Shown here piece after piece: positions 1 to 13,055 of a DNA stretch of 64,000 bases (its first letter is position 1; every line of letters starts with the position of its first letter). A program made the translations under genes and the position numbers. The DNA is from Lytechinus pictus. Taxonomy: Eukaryota. The DNA is taken from contig NC_087250.1 in the NCBI RefSeq assembly GCF_037042905.1, positions 18,912,001 to 18,976,000 of the forward strand, given 5' to 3'. A model generated the notes under the pieces. The model did not search any database, had not been told where the DNA came from, and saw nothing but the letters and a program-made list of their open reading frames with translations.

Positions 1-442
1 GGGCCCGACGCTCAAAGCAATAATTATACACTGTCCCACGTGCGCTTATCTGTGTTGGGGAAGTTCAGTCTGAACATTTTTCAGCGTAGATTTCCAGATT
101 TCACAAAGTTCAGTTTATTTAACTGTCCAGATCTAGATCCTCGATGATATACTGACAATTAAGCCTGGTTTTACAGACTTTCTCATGAAATCAGTGTTTA
201 CTGCAACTACTGGAATTTCTCTTTAACAGTGGAATGAATGGGGATTTCCAAAGTTCGAATTTTTAGTTTCCAGGGCTTTTTTTAGGGCTAAATCCCCACC
301 CCACCCCCATGTAATATTTCCCCATTTTGCAAATCACTTTGATCCTTCATTCATGTGAAAAAAAATCATCAAATTTTCAACCAGCATAAAGACTTAAATT
401 ATATTCCTAGAAATCTTCAAACTTATTTGATCTCACAGTTAC

Positions 443-1046
443 TTAAAGGACAAGTCCACCCCAACCAAAAATTGATTTGAATAAAAAGAGAAAAATCCAA
501 CAAGCATAACACTGAAAATTTCATCAAAATCGGATGTAAAATAAGAAAGTTATGACATTTTAAAGTTTCGCTTAATTTCACAAAACATTTATATGCACAT
601 CCTGGTCGGTATGCAAATGAGGAGACTGATGATGTCATCCACTCACTATTTCTTTTGTATTTTATTATATGAAATATTCTAATTTTCTCCTCATTGCCAA
701 GTGAAACAACGATTAATTCCTTCCTAAACACGTGGAATTAGCATTGTTTAATATTATATGGTTCAGTCAAGTTGGTCTGTATTGTCAAATTTGTAAAACA
801 TGAAATATTGTATAATTCAAACAATAAAAAACAAAAGAAATAGTGAGTGATGGACATCATCGACTGACTCATTTGCATGTCACTGAGTTGTGCATATCAC
901 TGTTTTGTAAAAAATAAGGGAAACTTTAAAATGCCATAACTTTCTTATTTTACATCTGATTTTGATGAAATTTTCAGCGTTTTGCAAGTCTGATTTTTCT
1001 CTATTTATTCAAATCAACATTTTTCTGGGGTGGACTTGACCTTTAA
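443..1046. mobile_element. TTAA-flanked palindromic MITE, family A (Kolobok/piggyBac-type target)
   Basis: TTAA|AGGACAAGTCCACCCCA ... TGGGGTGGACTTGACCT|TTAA with ~230-bp imperfect inverted arms. Four further copies in the window. Confidence 0.9.
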
Positions 1047-1744
1047 AAGATGCACTTAATGTGATACCTAAAGCATTTATTTTTTTACCAAGGTCAACTT
1101 TATAACTGATGAGACGAAATCACAGATTAAGTCTAACTCAATAGGGTGTTTATTTGATTTTGGTTAATTAGTTTCAATGGTTGTCTGTGTAAAGAGTTGT
1201 TATGATGCATTCCTGTCCCTCTTTGCTTAGGTGACCATGTGGGAAGTCATTTCCCCACCCACAATGAAGTGCACCGGTCCGTGGTAGATGCCTTTGTCCC
1301 ATGTCAAGGATAGCTGTGGGTGGAAGGTTCCATTAGACAATACGGGGGTCATGGTTGAGGGGTTATGGATAGCAAGTTATCTGATGGGGCTTTTTTTTAT
1401 TTTGTTATCAACTTAGCAACTTGGGCGAAATAAAAATTACTGCTTTATTTAATTGTTAGTAGTGCATGAAGGCGGAAATATATTAGCCTACATGTTGTTG
1501 CATGTCTTTATGAAGCCACTGCTCCCAAAACACCACGAGTTCAGATCTGACACAAAATGTTTTTATTAATACGAGGACATGGTAAAAAAATGAGCCAGTT
1601 GGTACAAAGAGGCTCACTTCTGTAATATAATGATCTTTTTTTTATTGATAATGAATATATGGAATATATAATGGGAACATATTTAAAATGTATTTGTTTT
1701 TAATTGACATGACACGAAATCATTATTAGAGGAGATATACCCCT

Positions 1745-1918
1745 GGGGGCCGTTTCATAAAGCTGTTTGTAAGTTGAGAGCGACTTTAAGAATGACTGGT
1801 GAACCTTTCTTACGCGCTTAACCATTGCCAATGAATATACCATTTTCCACAAGAAAAGATAACCAGTCGTTCTTAAAGTTGTTCTTAACTTACGAACAGC
1901 TTTATGAAACACCCACCA
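1745..1918. mobile_element. Short palindromic MITE (GTTTCATAAAGCTGTT family; copies at ~8352-8522 and interrupted at ~23045-23772)
   Basis: ~60-bp inverted arms shared by the three copies. Confidence 0.8.
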
Positions 1919-3260
1919 GTTTCGAAGCATAAAAAACCTAATAAAATCACCCCAGTTATTTAAGTATCTAAACATGTGTTTCTTGACCTTGATGGGTCCG
2001 AAAAAGAACTTAACCATGGTCACATCAGGCGGCCATGCACACGCAAAGCGTATACATGTACGAAACTGGATGCGTGTATCTGTCTCCGGCCTTCTTTCGG
2101 CTTTCTTTTTTTTTTTTCTTTCTTTTCTTAATTTCTTTCCTCATTTATTCTCTCTTCCACCTTTAACCCTTTTCTACACCTAAAGATTCTCTCTTTCTGT
2201 CTCTCTCTCTATATATATCTCCTTTTATGTTTTGATTCTCCTTTCATTTCCTTGTACTTTTCCTTTACATTTCTTTTTGTTTCTCAATGTTGTTCTTCCT
2301 TCCTTCGGCTTGCTATCTTTCTTTTTTACATACGCAGCGTGACGATTCCAGCAAGCTGCTCACCAGCGCATGACGTCATTTTTATTCTCTTTAATAGTTT
2401 CCTTACTTCGGGTCTGATTTACTTCGTTCGAAATCGAAAACAAATCAACATTGGATTTCTACAATGTAAATACAATATGCCTTTGAAAACCTGATTACAT
2501 ATAAAATACAATAATTTCATTCCGAAGTGCCTACTACAGGCAGAGCTGCTCTTACTTAATATCACAGCTGCTGGGCGTTGTCTAACCCTGGCTCAATGCT
2601 CAGGCTTGCCTTCGGAGGTGAAACTTTTGTATATCGGGCGATACAGAGGTTGATAGTGCTTGGAAATGAAATATCTTGGATCCTCTCATGAGGCTATTCG
2701 AAACGGATATAAAACCCCAGTTCAGATCTGAGCAGCGGTCGTCTCCCAAACAAGGGTTTGACGTAATGACAACCATGCAGGCATCAAGTAACAAATTAAT
2801 TTTTAGTCATCTATGTCTGAAATATCTTATTTTCACTGACTGTAGGCCTATACCCACCAACACAATGTAAAACTTTGAAAATAGGGTTCATTTCAAGCTA
2901 GGAGATCTATAGTTGACATTTCTTTCAATTTCATATATTTTAAATTAAAAATGCTCAAATATAATGGGCGATTAAACTTCTTATCTTGACTTTGAAAAAA
3001 TATATTAATAATTTTTGGTACCATTCAGCTTGAAGCCAAGGAAAGTTTTATTGAACTTCTATTAATCTCGTTTTATGACGTCTTTGAAATCTGTGACTGT
3101 TCAGAGCTTAGGATTTTAGTCACACTTCCAAAATTACAGTTAGAGAGGGAGACATTTCATATACATCTTTTTGGTCTTTGAGTTTTCCTTCTATGAGTAA
3201 TCAATACACATTCACAATAGGTATTGCCAAATACAGATTTTCAGTTTCCTTTGTATACGA

Positions 3261-3796
3261 TCCTGGGGTGGGGGGTACTCAGTATAAATGTATGATATGC
3301 ATGTGCCGCGGTTGAGATCCCCTTTTTCAGCCTAAATTTCCATTCCAGAGCATCACTAATTTAGGCAGCCATATATAGAGATTCCCAATTTTGCCCATTC
3401 CAGGGACCCTCAAATTTGTAATTTCTCGCTCCAGAGAGTGCCTGTCATGATCTATTCAGTCGGTCAGAGCGGCGAGCCCTTGTGTCTGCCCGCCGAAGCT
3501 CCACGCGCCCGCAGCTAGCTTACGCTGGCCCGAATCCATAGTATGAATCTAGCAAGACGTACGTGCTCGCGTTCTTTACCGAATTCGCCAACGATCTAAT
3601 GATTTCCGGAGACCCCCGTGTTTTATGCAGTCCATTCCAGAGCATTGCATTTTTAGCAATCGTTGATCCAAGAGCCGCTCCGGAGACCCTAATTTTAAGA
3701 CCAAGATCTAGTTCCAGAGCCCTCTTTTTTCGAGTTGGCGCGGCACATAGGTATCATGTTATAATTCTAGTACCCCCCCCCCCCTTCTTCCCCCAG
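3261..3796. mobile_element. Non-autonomous element with G-run/C-run termini (EnSpm/CMC-like)
   Basis: GGGGGGTACT ... AGTACCCCCCC inverted ends, repeated internal TTCCAGAG motif and a CpG-rich core. Confidence 0.6.
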
Positions 3797-4712
3797 TATA
3801 CAATGTGTGTACATGCCGGTATTTGTCAAATTCATTTCAACATCTCTAGAACCTATAGCTATAGTATATAGTTAAACTAGAACTATTAGCTATAGGCCTA
3901 CTGTGAATTTTGACTTGTACTTGATTCTCAAGCATTACAAGTTTATTATGCAAGATGTGTAGTCTGTAGAGACTCAATATTTTGCATGGGAAAATGTATA
4001 TGATATTCGTAGATCTCTGTATAATAGATGAGTTTCTGCACTCTCTCCACTCCCTTGGGATCATTCCAACAAGAGTTCTAAGACTCAATTGCCAGGCATA
4101 CTGCATGTGTGGGTGATTCCATGGGCAATAAAACTTTCTTTTTGTCAATGATAAAGTTAAAGTGGGTAGTACCCAACCAAAAATGATTGAGTACGGGTGA
4201 ATTAAAGGTGAAAATGATGTGTGTCGTACGGGACCCGCAAATGTCCTGTACGATGCGCAATATTTTCACCCCTAATTCACCAATGGAAAACATATGTTTT
4301 TTGGTTGTTATATTTTTACACGACTATCCAGTAGTACTTTCATATTACCACCAGACAAATTGAAGCTCCTCGTTTGTTTGGACAACAGGTTGAAAAGCGT
4401 TGTGAAAACGGCTGATTTTTTTAGCATGGAATTGCCCATATAGATTTTTACATCCTACCAGGTACCTATTTAACACCTGGGTGGAGAGTGGCAAAGTGTG
4501 GATTGACGCCTTGCCAATGGACATTTTTCTTTATCTGTAGTTCCTGCTTTTTGCTGTAAAAAGAAAACTCTGGCACCAGTTTTGTGCAACAGGGTCCAGG
4601 TGTTTAAAGGCGCTTGGTGCATTTTTGGAATTAATAGTGCCTGATACTAATTCACCTCAACTGGTTGGATTTATACTTAGCCTAATGTCATTGTTTTTTG
4701 TCCTTCTTACAG

Positions 4713-4928
4713 AAAGAGAAGTACCACACTCATCTAGCCGTGCTGTACTTGGACCAGGTCCTGAAGATGAAGGCTAGTCCAGACACAGTACCTCGATTAG
4801 ACCTGGACCTGGCTCGGTCCAAGCTGCGGCATTTACTCCAGGACTCTTCCATCTATCGGGTCCAGCTCATCCTGGGGAAGGTCAAGGAGACGGATATGTA
4901 CGCAGAATGTGCAATACTCTATGGAAAG
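4713..4928 (+). CDS. TGFBRAP1: TGFBRAP1 (Vps3/TRAP1) internal coding exon, phase 0/0
   Basis: Pyrimidine tract + ttacAG acceptor and AAG|GTAATA donor. Encodes KEKYHTHLAVLYLDQV...RSKLRHLLQDSSIYRVQLILGKV...ECAILYGK, matching the TGFBRAP1/VPS39 helical region as I recall it. Upstream exons were not identified. Confidence 0.93.
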
Positions 4929-5252
4929 GTAATAACAAATAATGCACGTCATCAAGGGCATTAGTAACAATTATACGCACTGCGTATATGCAGAATATCC
5001 AATACTCCATAGAAATGTACTATATAATGCAAATATTACACATCAAGGGCTTTAGTAAGAATTATGCACACTATGTATACAGAATGCCCAATACTGTATA
5101 GAAAGTTATGAATATTCAAATACATGTAAATACACATCAGTGAGGGCGTAAGAATTATGGGCACTACGTGTGTAGAATGTATAGTACTCTATGGAAAGAT
5201 ATATACAAAAATGATGCATGTCAGTGAGGGCACTCGTATAAATTATAGCACA
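4896..5252 (+). repeat. Degenerate ~88-bp tandem repeat (4 units) spanning a TGFBRAP1 exon/intron junction
   Basis: Recurrent CAGAATG...AATACTCTATGGAAAG...CATCAAGGGC...GTAAGAATTATGCACACT. Confidence 0.85.
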
Positions 5253-5309
5253 AGGTACCTTGGAATAATTCTATTATGAGGCATAGCTGAGAGAGCTTTT
5301 GGACTGCTT

Positions 5310-5615
5310 CATCATCATCAGTGTCATCATCATCAGTGTCATCATCAGTATCATCATCATCAGTGCCATCATCATCATCATCAGTGTCATCATCATCATC
5401 TGTGTCATCATCATCATCATCATCAATGTCATTTTCATCATCATCATCATCAGTGTCATCATCATCAGTGTCATCATCACCATCATCATCATCATCAGTG
5501 TCATCATCTTCATCATCATCATCATCATCATCATCAGTGTCATCATCTTCATCATCATCATCACCATCATCATCAGTGTAATCATCACTTTTCTATAATC
5601 ATCCCTATCATCATC
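5310..5615. repeat. Interrupted (ATC)n microsatellite
   Basis: ATC runs punctuated by AGTGTC. Confidence 0.97.
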
Positions 5616-6184
5616 ACTTTCCTGCTTTCCCCCTCACCTTCAAACAAGTTGCAATTCTCATCAGGGGCCCATTTGGTAAAGAGTTACAAGTATGGTAACA
5701 TCGCCATTATGGCAACTACCTTTGAAACGTAAATAATTAAAATTCACTTCATTTATACTAGCGCCATCAGATACAAAGCGCATTAAAGAAAGAAAGAAAG
5801 AATAGCAGAAACATGAATTGGCAGTATAAAACACAAGAAAAATAACTGTCAAATTATGAACATTATATGGAAACCGTACAGAAAATGAGAATAGGTATGT
5901 TTTGAGAGATTTCTTAAATGAGGAAAGTGTAATAATAATAATAATAATAGTATATAGCGTTTAGAGTGCACCTTCTATCTAGTTTCCTAATCAGAGGCGC
6001 AGAGGGAATTATTACTCAGAAGGAGGGGGGGAGTGTTATTTGAAATATGATGAGAATAGATATGTGTCTTAAGGTTGACTTTGAATGACTCCATAGACTT
6101 GGCATTGTGTATTGTTGAAATGATTGTGATTGGTCGATGAGCTCTGTTCCAGTGGTAGTTACCATAATAGCAAAGTTACATCAT

Positions 6185-6457
6185 GGGCCCCGTCTTATAA
6201 AGAGTTACGATTGATCCGATCAATCATAACTCTATGGAAATCCATCAGTGTCATAAATTTTTTCTACGAAAAATTTGCACCATGTCCTTTGTATGCAAAG
6301 AGAAGCGCAATGAATTTTCAAGAAAACAATGAATGCATGAATATACATCATAGCTAAAAAATGTTTTGAACAAACATGTATAATAGATGTTGACGTTGCT
6401 GGCCGTCCATAGTTGCAATTGATCGGATCAATTGTAACTCTTTGTAAGACCGGGCCC
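6185..6457. mobile_element. GGGCCC-terminated MITE (copy at ~27844-28117)
   Basis: TIR GGGCCC(C/G)GTCTTA(T/C)AAAGAGTTAC(G/A)ATTGATCCGATCAAT. The second copy is inverted. Confidence 0.85.
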
Positions 6458-6582
6458 AGGTATATCTCACTATGAAGCAGGTACCAAATCATCATAATCA
6501 TGATGATAATCATGTTGTCACTATCATTTTCATCATTACAATGTGTTTATTGTTATTTTGCTCGTCTTTTCTGACCGTTCAG

Positions 6583-6743
6583 CTCGAGGAGCACGACAAA
6601 GCTCTTCGGATCCTGGTTCACAAACTCCAGGACTACGGAGCAGCAGAGAACTACTGTGTGGTTAATTCCAAGGACCAGGACCAGGCCTACAGGAGGAGAC
6701 TGTTCCAGCTCCTACTCACTGTGTACCTGGACCCGATGGAAGG
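6583..6743 (+). CDS. TGFBRAP1: TGFBRAP1 internal coding exon, phase 0/2
   Basis: gttcAG acceptor and GG|GTGAGT donor. Encodes LEEHDKALRILVHKLQDYGAAENYC...RRLFQLLLTVYLDP, in frame with the flanking exons. Confidence 0.93.
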
Positions 6744-7693
6744 GTGAGTACTAGCATCACCAAGGGCCTAGTCCAAATGCCTCTGTTTCCTAGAATGCAG
6801 ATTTTGCATTCTTCAAAAGTGGGAGAAGAATGAAAATGCAAGTGTTTACATATACATGCACAAGTATACAATGGAGAGCTTAATATGTATGTAATATTTT
6901 GTGCCACAGTCAAAATATATGGCAAAGCAATTGCCAGTTGTAAAAGTCTTTTTTTTTATAGTAAATTGTTTTATTTACACACATAAGTATACAACTGAAA
7001 CCTTATATATATTCCAGTGACACGTTTAAAACATATGATAAAGCAATCGTGAATGATGAAAATCTGCATTAGAAAATGTGAGTATGTTTAAATATACACA
7101 CACAAGTATACAACACAGAGCTCATATAGTATTCGGTGACATGTTGATGTCAAATGATAAAGTATTGGCGTGAAAATCTTTGAAAAATAAATAGTCCTTC
7201 TGCATCACTCCTTTCCTTTTAGCAAGCCGCCTATCTCCTATTCCACACACTCCCCCCAGGCGTACTAAATGGGTAAATGGTAGGAAGCAATTCCAAGGAG
7301 GCTTGAGCACCTATTCAGGGTAGCTGTGGTAAAATCAGCTTAATACTGTAGTATGCAGCACTTAGAAGCATTGTATTAAGCACTTTATAAATGTTTTATA
7401 TTATTACTATCATTATTTTAACCCTTGTGTTGGCTGAGTTGGTAGAGCATCCGTGTAACAACCAGGAGTTAATGTACCGGTTGCATCAGACTAAAAGGCA
7501 TTATAAGATGGGAGCTGCTGCTTACCTGTTTTGTGTTCAGCACTGAAGGGATATACATGTGTAGGCGCTGCTTAGTGACCGCCGGGCCCACGATCAATTG
7601 ACCAAAATGAAATTCCTGAGTATCTCTATTTCAGATTTCTATTTGAAACAATAAAATCTTTCATTTCCATTTTATTTCTTTTTGTTAATGCAG

Positions 7694-7766
7694 TAAAAAG
7701 GATTCTCTTCTTGCTCCTGCTATGAATCTACTGAACAGTCCGGACGCTGATTTTGACACAGTCAGG
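7694..7766 (+). CDS. TGFBRAP1: TGFBRAP1 short internal coding exon, phase 2/0
   Basis: T-rich tract + tgcAG acceptor and AGG|GTAAGT donor. Encodes (G)KKDSLLAPAMNLLNSPDADFDTVR. The phases join exon 6583-6743 to exon 11421 exactly. Confidence 0.9.
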
Positions 7767-8693
7767 GTAAGTTCACTCATCATGATGATTTATAGAGGTT
7801 TGGGAAATGCTTTTAACGCTATACCAGGCCGGGCTTTTTTGGTGTTAGAAAACCGGGGGAGGGTTGAATCAATACCCCTTGAGATCTCGGCTGCCAATCG
7901 CGAGAATGCCGTGAAAATTGGCATGATAATAGTGTGAGATGTCATCTACAAGGCTGTATGGTTAATTTTTCCAAAAGAAATATTTATTTTTTTATATGAA
8001 TTCTGCTAATTTTTGCATAAATCATACTTATTGCTCTAATTCACTAAAAAAAGCTTCTAGAATGCAAATTTTTTTTGTATAAATATTCTTTATATCATTG
8101 CTAACAATTACAAATGAAAACGAAATCCTGGTTTGAAAAGAAAAAGGACCTTTTGTTTTTTGCCAAATTTATAGCAGAACCTTTTTGATGCATAATCATG
8201 CTCTAATCAATTAATTTCAGCTTAGAGATGTTTGGGAAATGCTTTTAAAGCTTAGAACCTGTAGTTACGGCGAATATTGATATCATGAGAAAGTCTTTAA
8301 AGCAAATACGAACCAGGAGCCACCTCGAGTCCTCATCAGCTACTCATATCGTGGGGCCATTCCATAAAGCTTTTTAAGTTACAAGCGACTGGTGATCCTT
8401 TCTTTTGGTAAATTATATTCACCATTAATGTTCATTGGTGATTACGAAGTGCGTAAGAAAGGATCACCAGTCATTCTTAAAGTCGCTCTTAACTTACGAA
8501 CAACTTTATGAAACTCCCACCTGGCCAGTATCCTAACCCATAACGCATCAATCTCGACAACGTAGTCTTGTAATATAAACCCACTTTAACGGTGACACCT
8601 TAAATCACTACTCATTACATTCATACTGCAATAGTTATGAAATCAAGTAGCTGTAAACAAGTTCTTTCCTGTAGAGAAATTTTAGTTTCTATA

Positions 8694-10354
8694 CAGGGCG
8701 CGACAAACCCACTTGCCCGGGGCAAGTGAAAATGACGTGCGGGCAAGCATTTCTCAAAGTCAATTGCCCGATCGGGCAAGTGGTTGTTTTGAAAATGAAA
8801 AAGATGAATTGACAGTAAAGTTTAATAATTTTTTGATAAATTGCAATTATCGGCCAATTATCTCTCATACAATGTCATACCAGTAAAAAAACAGTGGAAA
8901 CATGTCAAATCAGCGCCAATTTACCGACAAAAGGCGCCAATTTATCGCCAGCGGTCCCGTTCGTTGGAGGCTGCCATCTTACTTTCTAAACTACAATGTG
9001 CGCATGCGCTACTAATCAACGAAGCTAGCTGGGGAAACCCCTCTGTCGCCCTCTGAGCGCATGTACGGACGTACACGAGCGATCAAGCCAGCCGAGTCTC
9101 GAGCTAGATCGCGCTGAATGCATGCAAGCTTCGGACTGACTCGGCCAGGACCAGACGTCCCGTATTTTATTCATTTCTAAAACATTTTAGTTTTTTTTTT
9201 ATTTTAAAAATATATAAAAAACCACCAAATATCATTAGGATTTTTGTTATATGATTGGATTGTTTTTATTTGCTTAAAGTTTGAACTTTTTCCTCTTTCT
9301 TTCTTTTCTATCCTTCTATCTTAATTTTTCCTTCTTGCCCTTTTTTGTTACATACATGTATCTATTTTTATTTTCCTGATCCTTTCTCTCTCTCTCTGTT
9401 CATTTTCTTTCTTTCCTTCTTTCTCCTACTTGCCTTCTTTATTACATTTCCTTTTTTTTGTTTCCTTCATACCTTCTCCCTTCCACTCATTTTTATTTAC
9501 GTTCTATCTCTCCTTCCATTATTTCTTTTTTTTTCATTCTGGCCTCCCTTCATTCTTCCCTCCTTTCTTTCATTATATATCATTTTGTCCTCATTCTTTT
9601 CCCTAAATACTTTCTTTCCCTTTCTTCCTTCCTTCCTGTTTTCTTCTTTCTTTGTTTCTTTCTTTCCAAGAATGAAGGAAAATTTTCTTTCCTCCTCCTT
9701 TTTTCTTACTTTCTCTTCTTTGTTTTTCTCTTCTTTGTTTTGACTTTCACACATTTATACATCTTCCCTTTTCTTTTTTTTTTCTTTCTATATTCAATTC
9801 AAAGAATGACAGAAACCTTTTTATCTATTTTTATTCTCTCATCCTTTTATTAGAAGTTTCTTATATTTTTATTATTTCCTTCATTTTCCCCTTCATTTTT
9901 TCTTTCTTTCTTCTCAATTCATCTCTTTTCTTTCTCTCCTTCATTCTTTCGTTCACCCTCCCTTCCAATTCTGTACTTTTTTCACAAGTCTAACACTGTG
10001 TAGCCTTCTTTCTTGATCTTTTTTTTTGTCGATTGTCCCGTATTTCATTTTGTGAAATCTGGTCACCCTGGCCAGGACTCGGCTTCAACTTCAAACCAAA
10101 TAAACAATGAGTCATCAGACTAAAATAGGCGACTTTTGTCGTCGTGATCGGCGACCAGAACAACTTGAACAAGAGTCAAGAAATGCCATGGGCAGCGCCA
10201 GTAAATCGAGTTCAGCCAGGACAGAAAAGAATACTTAAGAGCAAAAGAATTTTTGAAAAAAAATCGGGCAAGCAGTTTTTTCTATCGGGCAAGTGAATTT
10301 TTTTATCACTTGCCCAACAGGGCAAGTGATGAATTTTTTTTTTGTAGAGGCCTG
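8694..10354. mobile_element. 1.66-kb non-autonomous hAT-like element with pyrimidine-rich interior
   Basis: CAGGG...CCTG termini flanked by TCTATA direct repeats. Subterminal CACTTGCCC/GGGCAAGTG repeats at both ends. Low-complexity T/C tract at ~9290-9990. Confidence 0.8.
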
Positions 10355-11420
10355 TCTATACATATGAGGTTATAGGCATACATGTATTTATTCTCTAAAT
10401 TATTGATGGTTATGAGAGGTACATTTTAAGACCAAGCTATTTATCTACACAAGCAATGTTTCTGGTAAATTCTCCCAATATGCATGCCACTATTCCAATT
10501 CAGTACTACATGTAGGTTATATGAATGTGTGTGTGCGTGCCAACAGTTGTGATGTGTATGATATGAAATAAAAACCTGTTTTATTGGAAAAAGACCCAAC
10601 ACTTTGCTGGAATGCCATGCTTATTTTTGTTGATTTTTTCTTCGGCAATTATACATTTTTACAAGAATAATTTGGGACACATTCTTTTTATTCATACCCA
10701 CAATACTTGGGTAGTCATTTTATTTGATTCTGTTTAAACTCAATTTTAGATTGATACAAAAAATAGTTAGCATCTTCAAATTATATGTATACTGGAAAAT
10801 TGAGGGTTTCACAAGCATTAGTTTAATAGCATCATGGCTCATCATAAACTTATTATCATTATGTGACTTGCTTGCATACATACATTGACAAGATCTTGTG
10901 TTATTGATTGTATGATTGTACAGATTGTATATATTGTAAACAATTCAAACATTTTAAGCCATATCCAACTTTTTTTAATTACAATGTTAAAAAATTCAGG
11001 TGAGAACTTGGAAAGTATGCACTACATTTGTGGTTTCATGCAGGTAAAATGGCAAATGCAGATTAAAAACCATAAGTTTTAGATCAATGCAGGCTATGAT
11101 CTCTCTGAGACCAAAAATTCAAGGCATAAAGAGCAACTACAACATAAAAAACCTTTAAGTTTTACCATTAATTACAATTTCATACTTGTTTTGCTAATTT
11201 CTCCGCAGTTAAACTTTATTTTCCATGAGTCTTTGGCAACTATTTTTTTTCATTTATACAGAGAGAATCTTGGGTTGTCATTTGATGGGATTCTGTGCAA
11301 ACACATTTTGCTATCGTCACAACTGGCATTTATCTGTAAGATTGAAAGATAGCACAGTTCTCCTGTTGCAAGTACATTAATTTCTCTAATTTGATTGTAT
11401 TATTTTAAAAATTGTTTCAG

Positions 11421-11759
11421 GTTCTGCAACTTTTACCCGAGACCTGGTCCGTCGGTCTCATCTCTCGCTTCCTCTCCGAGGCGATCCGCTCCAGCACTCA
11501 CGGCAGCCGAATGTCCCGCGTGGAACACACCCTGACCCGGAGCGAGAACCTACACCTACGAAGCGAGATCGTCCACAACAGCCGCTGCCTCATTCCAATG
11601 AACGAGGATCAGACGTGTCAAGTCTGCCAGAGGCCGTTCAGCGAGCCAACGTTTGTGCGGTATCCGAACGGGGTCATCACGCATACGCAGTGCGCGAGGA
11701 ATAAAGCGGTGTGTCCGGTGACGGGAAGGCTGTTCAGTACGCGGAAGGAGTCGACGTGA
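11421..11759 (+). CDS. TGFBRAP1: TGFBRAP1 terminal coding exon (Vps39_2 / RING-like C-terminus)
   Basis: tttcAG acceptor. Encodes VLQLLPETWSVGLISRFL...RSENL...CQVCQRPFSEPTFVRYPNGVITHTQC...CPVTG...EST*, closely resembling the vertebrate TGFBRAP1 C-terminus (VLQMLPDTWS...CQICQNPFCEPVFVRYPNG). Confidence 0.95.
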   Translation, partial: VLQLLPETWSVGLISRFLSEAIRSSTHGSRMSRVEHTLTRSENLHLRSEIVHNSRCLIPMNEDQTCQVCQRPFSEPTFVRYPNGVITHTQCARNKAVCPVTGRLFSTRKEST

Positions 11760-12400
11760 TGAAGGTTGACCCGATACAAGTGCTCTGTGAGACTGTGAAC
11801 TCTGAATGTTCCACTTTGTAGGTTAGGAGGATTTTATTTTGCACAAATGGTCAGGAGTTTTCACTGTTTTAAGCTTTTAAAAGAACTCTTTTAAGCTTTT
11901 AAAACTGTTCAAAGCTTTTAAAATTCCTGCATCATATTGACTTGGAACAAATTTGTCAGCAAAAATTGCCGATAAGATGCTTGGGTCAGCAGATATTATT
12001 CAACACCAGAGCTCAACACAAACTGCCGAAAGTATATCATATTTTCTAGTTCAATATTGGACTTCAACAACCAATATGTCCTTTCTTAGTTCTATGTATA
12101 AATTTAGATATTGGTATAGGCTTATTATAGATAAAATTTACAAAATTCCAATGTTATGAACATTGAAAATTGGCATTCTAGATGACCAGATGTAAGTTTC
12201 TTTATGTAAATATTATTAACAGTAATCACATCAAAGTGCAATTGATACATGCATTTTAGTGAAAAATGTGTGTATTTACAAGTTTCTTGACCAGACTATT
12301 TTCATAAATTATAAAACGCGTTATTTTTTAGTACCGGTATATTTAAATGTGTTATCAAGAATAACCAACTACCTTTGACTTGAAAGTCAAAGTCTGATAA

Positions 12401-12792
12401 TTCGGTGGATTCACAATACGGTGCGCCACTTATCGGTTGTAAGGGACAGGCCAAAATTTGCAATGCATCATGGTAAAAAGTCGACATCTGTTGAGCACGC
12501 ACTAGTGCATGTATGTGATTATGCTGCGGTGGCCGACGTGGCTTGGCTGGCGTGCATGATATTATGCTGCTTACCAGGATCCAATAGGTGGGAGAGAAAT
12601 TTGCTGCATATTTAGACCGTTTTTGGTGAATTCTTCCTCTGCTTTTGCCATATGGTTTTCGTTTTTGAAGCATCGCAGTCACATTACAGTACACTAGCAC
12701 CTTGCGCTGCCTCCACCTGTTGACCCCATAGTTGGAAATTGGCCTGTACGTTGCAACCAATAGATGGTGCACCGTATTGTGAAACCACCGAA
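12401..12792. mobile_element. PIF/Harbinger-type MITE (3-bp TSD TAA) in the presumptive TGFBRAP1 3'UTR
   Basis: ~40-bp TIR TTCGGTGG(A/T)TTCACAATACGGTGC(G/A)CCA, flanked by TAA. Confidence 0.85.
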
Positions 12793-13055
12793 TAAGCAGG
12801 CCTGGTGATGGGAAATCATATGATCAAAAATGGACTTTAAAAAAATACAGTCAATGATTTTTACTTGCTATTAAACCTTCCAACATTTTTGCATCTGACT
12901 TGCTCAGAGCAATTTTTTTTCATTGAAAAATAACTGACATTGTTCCATGAAACACTTAACAGATTTCTATATGTTTTGAAATACATACATGTATGGGTTT
13001 TTTTTTTCAAATGAGAAAAAAAACCTTTGAGCCCATTGTTTATTTTCTTTTCCTC

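Noticed and set aside
423..731. Recurrent ORFs such as ...NFLILHPILMKFSVLC... (also 39153, 62261)
   Set aside because: The similarity reflects copies of MITE family A, not a protein family.
1231..1390. Additional upstream TGFBRAP1 exon after ctttgcttAG
   Set aside because: No recognisable TGFBRAP1 peptide in this segment.
5274..5598. Poly-Met/Ile/Ser ORFs
   Set aside because: Translations of an intronic (ATC)n microsatellite.
9345..9853. Phe/Leu-rich 'membrane protein' ORFs
   Set aside because: Low-complexity pyrimidine tract inside a non-autonomous transposon.
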